From Pristiophorus japonicus (Eukaryota), in the NCBI RefSeq assembly GCF_044704955.1, contig NC_091995.1, positions 39,308,001 to 39,372,000 on the forward strand: a DNA stretch of 64,000 nucleotides, given 5' to 3'. Shown piece by piece: positions 61,623 to 64,000 of this stretch; positions within the stretch are counted from its first letter, which is position 1, and each line of letters begins with the position of its first letter. Position numbers and translations under genes: made by a program. The notes beneath the pieces are model-generated. The model did not search any database. It was not told the DNA's origin and saw only the letters and a program-made list of their open reading frames with translations.

Positions 61623-64000
61623 TCGGAGTAGCTGCTCCCGATGGAGCTTCCCTGCTAAACAGCTCTTCGGCCATCAACCTCTCCCTCCCACTGTCTAATT
61701 GTTCCCAAGCCCCAGCCCTACCCGTAATAGAGCCCAATAGGGGATCTTAAAGTCTTAAATCCCCACCCTTACTGCAACCCGGCGAATCCCAAAAGTTCAG
61801 GCCTACTTCAGGCCTCCCGCCACGGTGCAAATCAGCGACTCCTGGCTGGACCTCCTGCAGTGACTCGACATGACTAGGGCCTCACAGCTGGACCTCCTGC
61901 AATGGCTGGAAGAATCGATGCGATCTGGACCTCCCGGTTGGACCGCCTGTGGTGACTGGGCGGCTGGACATGGGAATCAGGCCTCCACCTCCTTCCACCC
62001 GCCGCACCCACCCTCATCTGGACCTCTCCTTCTGCACAAATGGATTGGTCTCCTCTCCTTTTCCAGCATGTGGTGAGTACAATGGCTGTGACCACCTTGC
62101 CCCCCCTTTCTGAACCCCACTGCATCACTGCCCTCCCCCACCCCCCACCCCCCACCCCTCAATGCCTGCCCCCAACCAAGCCTTGGACTACCTACCATGA
62201 AGGGTGCTACGCAGAGATGAGTCTGCGGCCAACATCTCACTGTAGACAATTAGGCCCATATAGGAGTGTCTGGTCTCCAGTCATCCTGGACCCCCTTGCC
62301 GCAGGACCAGGACATTGCTCAGCTAAGCCCATGTGGTAGCCGGTGGGCAATTATCACCTCACGTTAAAAGAGATCACACACAGGCATCTTCCACTCCTCT
62401 AACATGAAGTTCCGGACCTGGAACATCAGTACCCTCATGGAGAACGCCAACAGCGACAGAGCAGAACGCCACACTGCAATAGTTGGCTGGGAACTTAGAC
62501 ACTTTATATCGACATCGCAGCCCTAAGCGTGACCCGGCGGGCAAGGGAAAGCCAGTTCAAGGAACAAGGTGTAGATAACACCTTCTTCTGGAAAGAGAAA
62601 CCAGAGGCAGAACACCGCCTCCACGGAATCGGCTTCGCCATCAAAAAACGAGCTGGTCGACCACCTCAAAGACTTCCCCTGCGGGGCTAACGAAAGCCTC
62701 ATGACGCTTCGACTCACCCTATCCCAGAACCAGTGCGCCAAAGTCATCAGTGCTTAAGCCCCAGCTCTCGATGCAACAGATGAGGCCAAAGAGGGTTTTA
62801 CTCCAACCTCGAAAAATCCCTGATGCGGGCGAAAAACTGATCCTCCTTGGCGACTTCAACGCCTGGGTCGGCAAGGACACAGATCTCTGGGGAGGCGTGA
62901 TTGGCAGAGAGCGGGTAGGGAAAGCCAACTCCAGAGATACCCTACTCCTGACAAAATGTCTAGAGCATGAACTTGTCATCACTAACACCTTGTTCCGCCA
63001 GAGGGACAAATACAAGGCATTGTAGCAACACCCTACCTTCAAACACTGGCAGCTGCTCGACTATGTCATCTTCTGAGGCAGGGATTGCACGTATGTGCGC
63101 ATCACCCATGCCATTACAGGAGCTGATGACTGCTGGATGGACAACTGCCGAATCCGATCCATCATTGACATCAACATAGACTCAAAGCGAAAGGGGCAGC
63201 AGAAACTGTCTCGCAAAAAAGTACATGCCGGGACACTTAAGGACCCAGCTAAGAGAGCCCTTTACAGTAAGTGCCTCACCACTAACCTGGCGTGCCTTGA
63301 TAACCCCAAGATGCACAATGTCCACAGTCCTTGGGCTGCCATCCAGGCCTCCATAACCAGAGTCTGCAAAGAGGGGCTCATTCATTCAACCAGGAAACAC
63401 CAGGACTGGTTTGATGAGAATGATCAGGAGATTCAAGAACTAATAGATTGCAAGGGCAGGGCATTTCTGAGCCTTAAACAGCAATCCAAATTGGGAGCAG
63501 CAAAGCAGCATTACAGAAGGCTAAAGGCTAAGATCCAACAAAAAACCCGGGTCGTAAGGAACTGGTGGTTGAAGGAGAAAGCATATGAGATACATCAGCT
63601 GGCCGACAGCCATGATGTGCGCGGATTCTTCATGACAGTCAATGCCACACATGGACCAAACTCACAAGACCCCACCCCACTCCTGCCAAGAAGGGGAAAC
63701 ACTCATCAAGGACAGCGAGGCAGTCAGGTCCCGCTGGAAGGAACACTTCAAAGATCTCCTCAATCGAGACTCTGCCTTTGATTCGAGTGTTCTCGACTCC
63801 ATTCCGCAGCATGCTACCCGCCACCACATCAGTGAGACGCCAAAACTGCATGAGGTAGAAAAGGCCATAAGACAGCTAAAAAACAGCAAGGCTACGGGAG
63901 CGGATGCAATCCCTGCTGAGGCACTGAAGTATGGCGGTGAGGCACTACTGGCGCGAATACATAACCTCATCTCTCTCATCTGGAGGGAGGAGAGCATGCT
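61623..64000 (+). mobile_element. RTE-clade LINE 5' part (putative 5'UTR plus decayed EN/RT ORF from ~62404), runs off the window
   Basis: MKFRTWNISTL, LILLGDFNAWVG, HELVITNTLF, HQDWFDEND, KATGADAIPAE peptides. Confidence 0.88.

Overview
Repeat-saturated vertebrate genomic DNA, most likely from a cartilaginous fish (shark). This is inferred from the CR1/HER1-type LINEs, a Deu-domain tRNA SINE and the GPR139/GPR142-like two-exon GPCR family. The window holds two copies of a tandem segmental duplication (1-16419 vs 28667-54827, roughly 85-90% identical by eye). Each copy contains the promoter and first coding exon of a minus-strand GPR139-like class A GPCR. One complete two-exon gene is present (exon 1 29315-29246, exon 2 27448-26545), but it has a frameshift and a DRF->DGF change, so it is probably a pseudogene. 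The rest is nested, decayed mobile DNA: many CR1 LINEs (SGNH-esterase ORF1, APE-EN/RT ORF2), RTE-clade LINEs, two Ty3/Gypsy (Mag-like) LTR elements plus a solo LTR, a PIF/Harbinger-like non-autonomous element and a Deu-SINE. Two 31-32 bp satellite families are interleaved. No prokaryotic features, CRISPR arrays, or intact rRNA/tRNA genes were found. Best leads: a conserved G_UUA_AAC slippery site plus stop at the CR1 ORF1/ORF2 junction (-1 frameshift candidate), the tandemly amplified GPCR family, CTCF-like motifs carried by LTRs, an orphan CpG-island promoter/first exon, and swapped 5'UTR monomer arrays in CR1. Most repeat boundaries are approximate (within tens of bp) unless a TSD, TIR or splice site fixes them.
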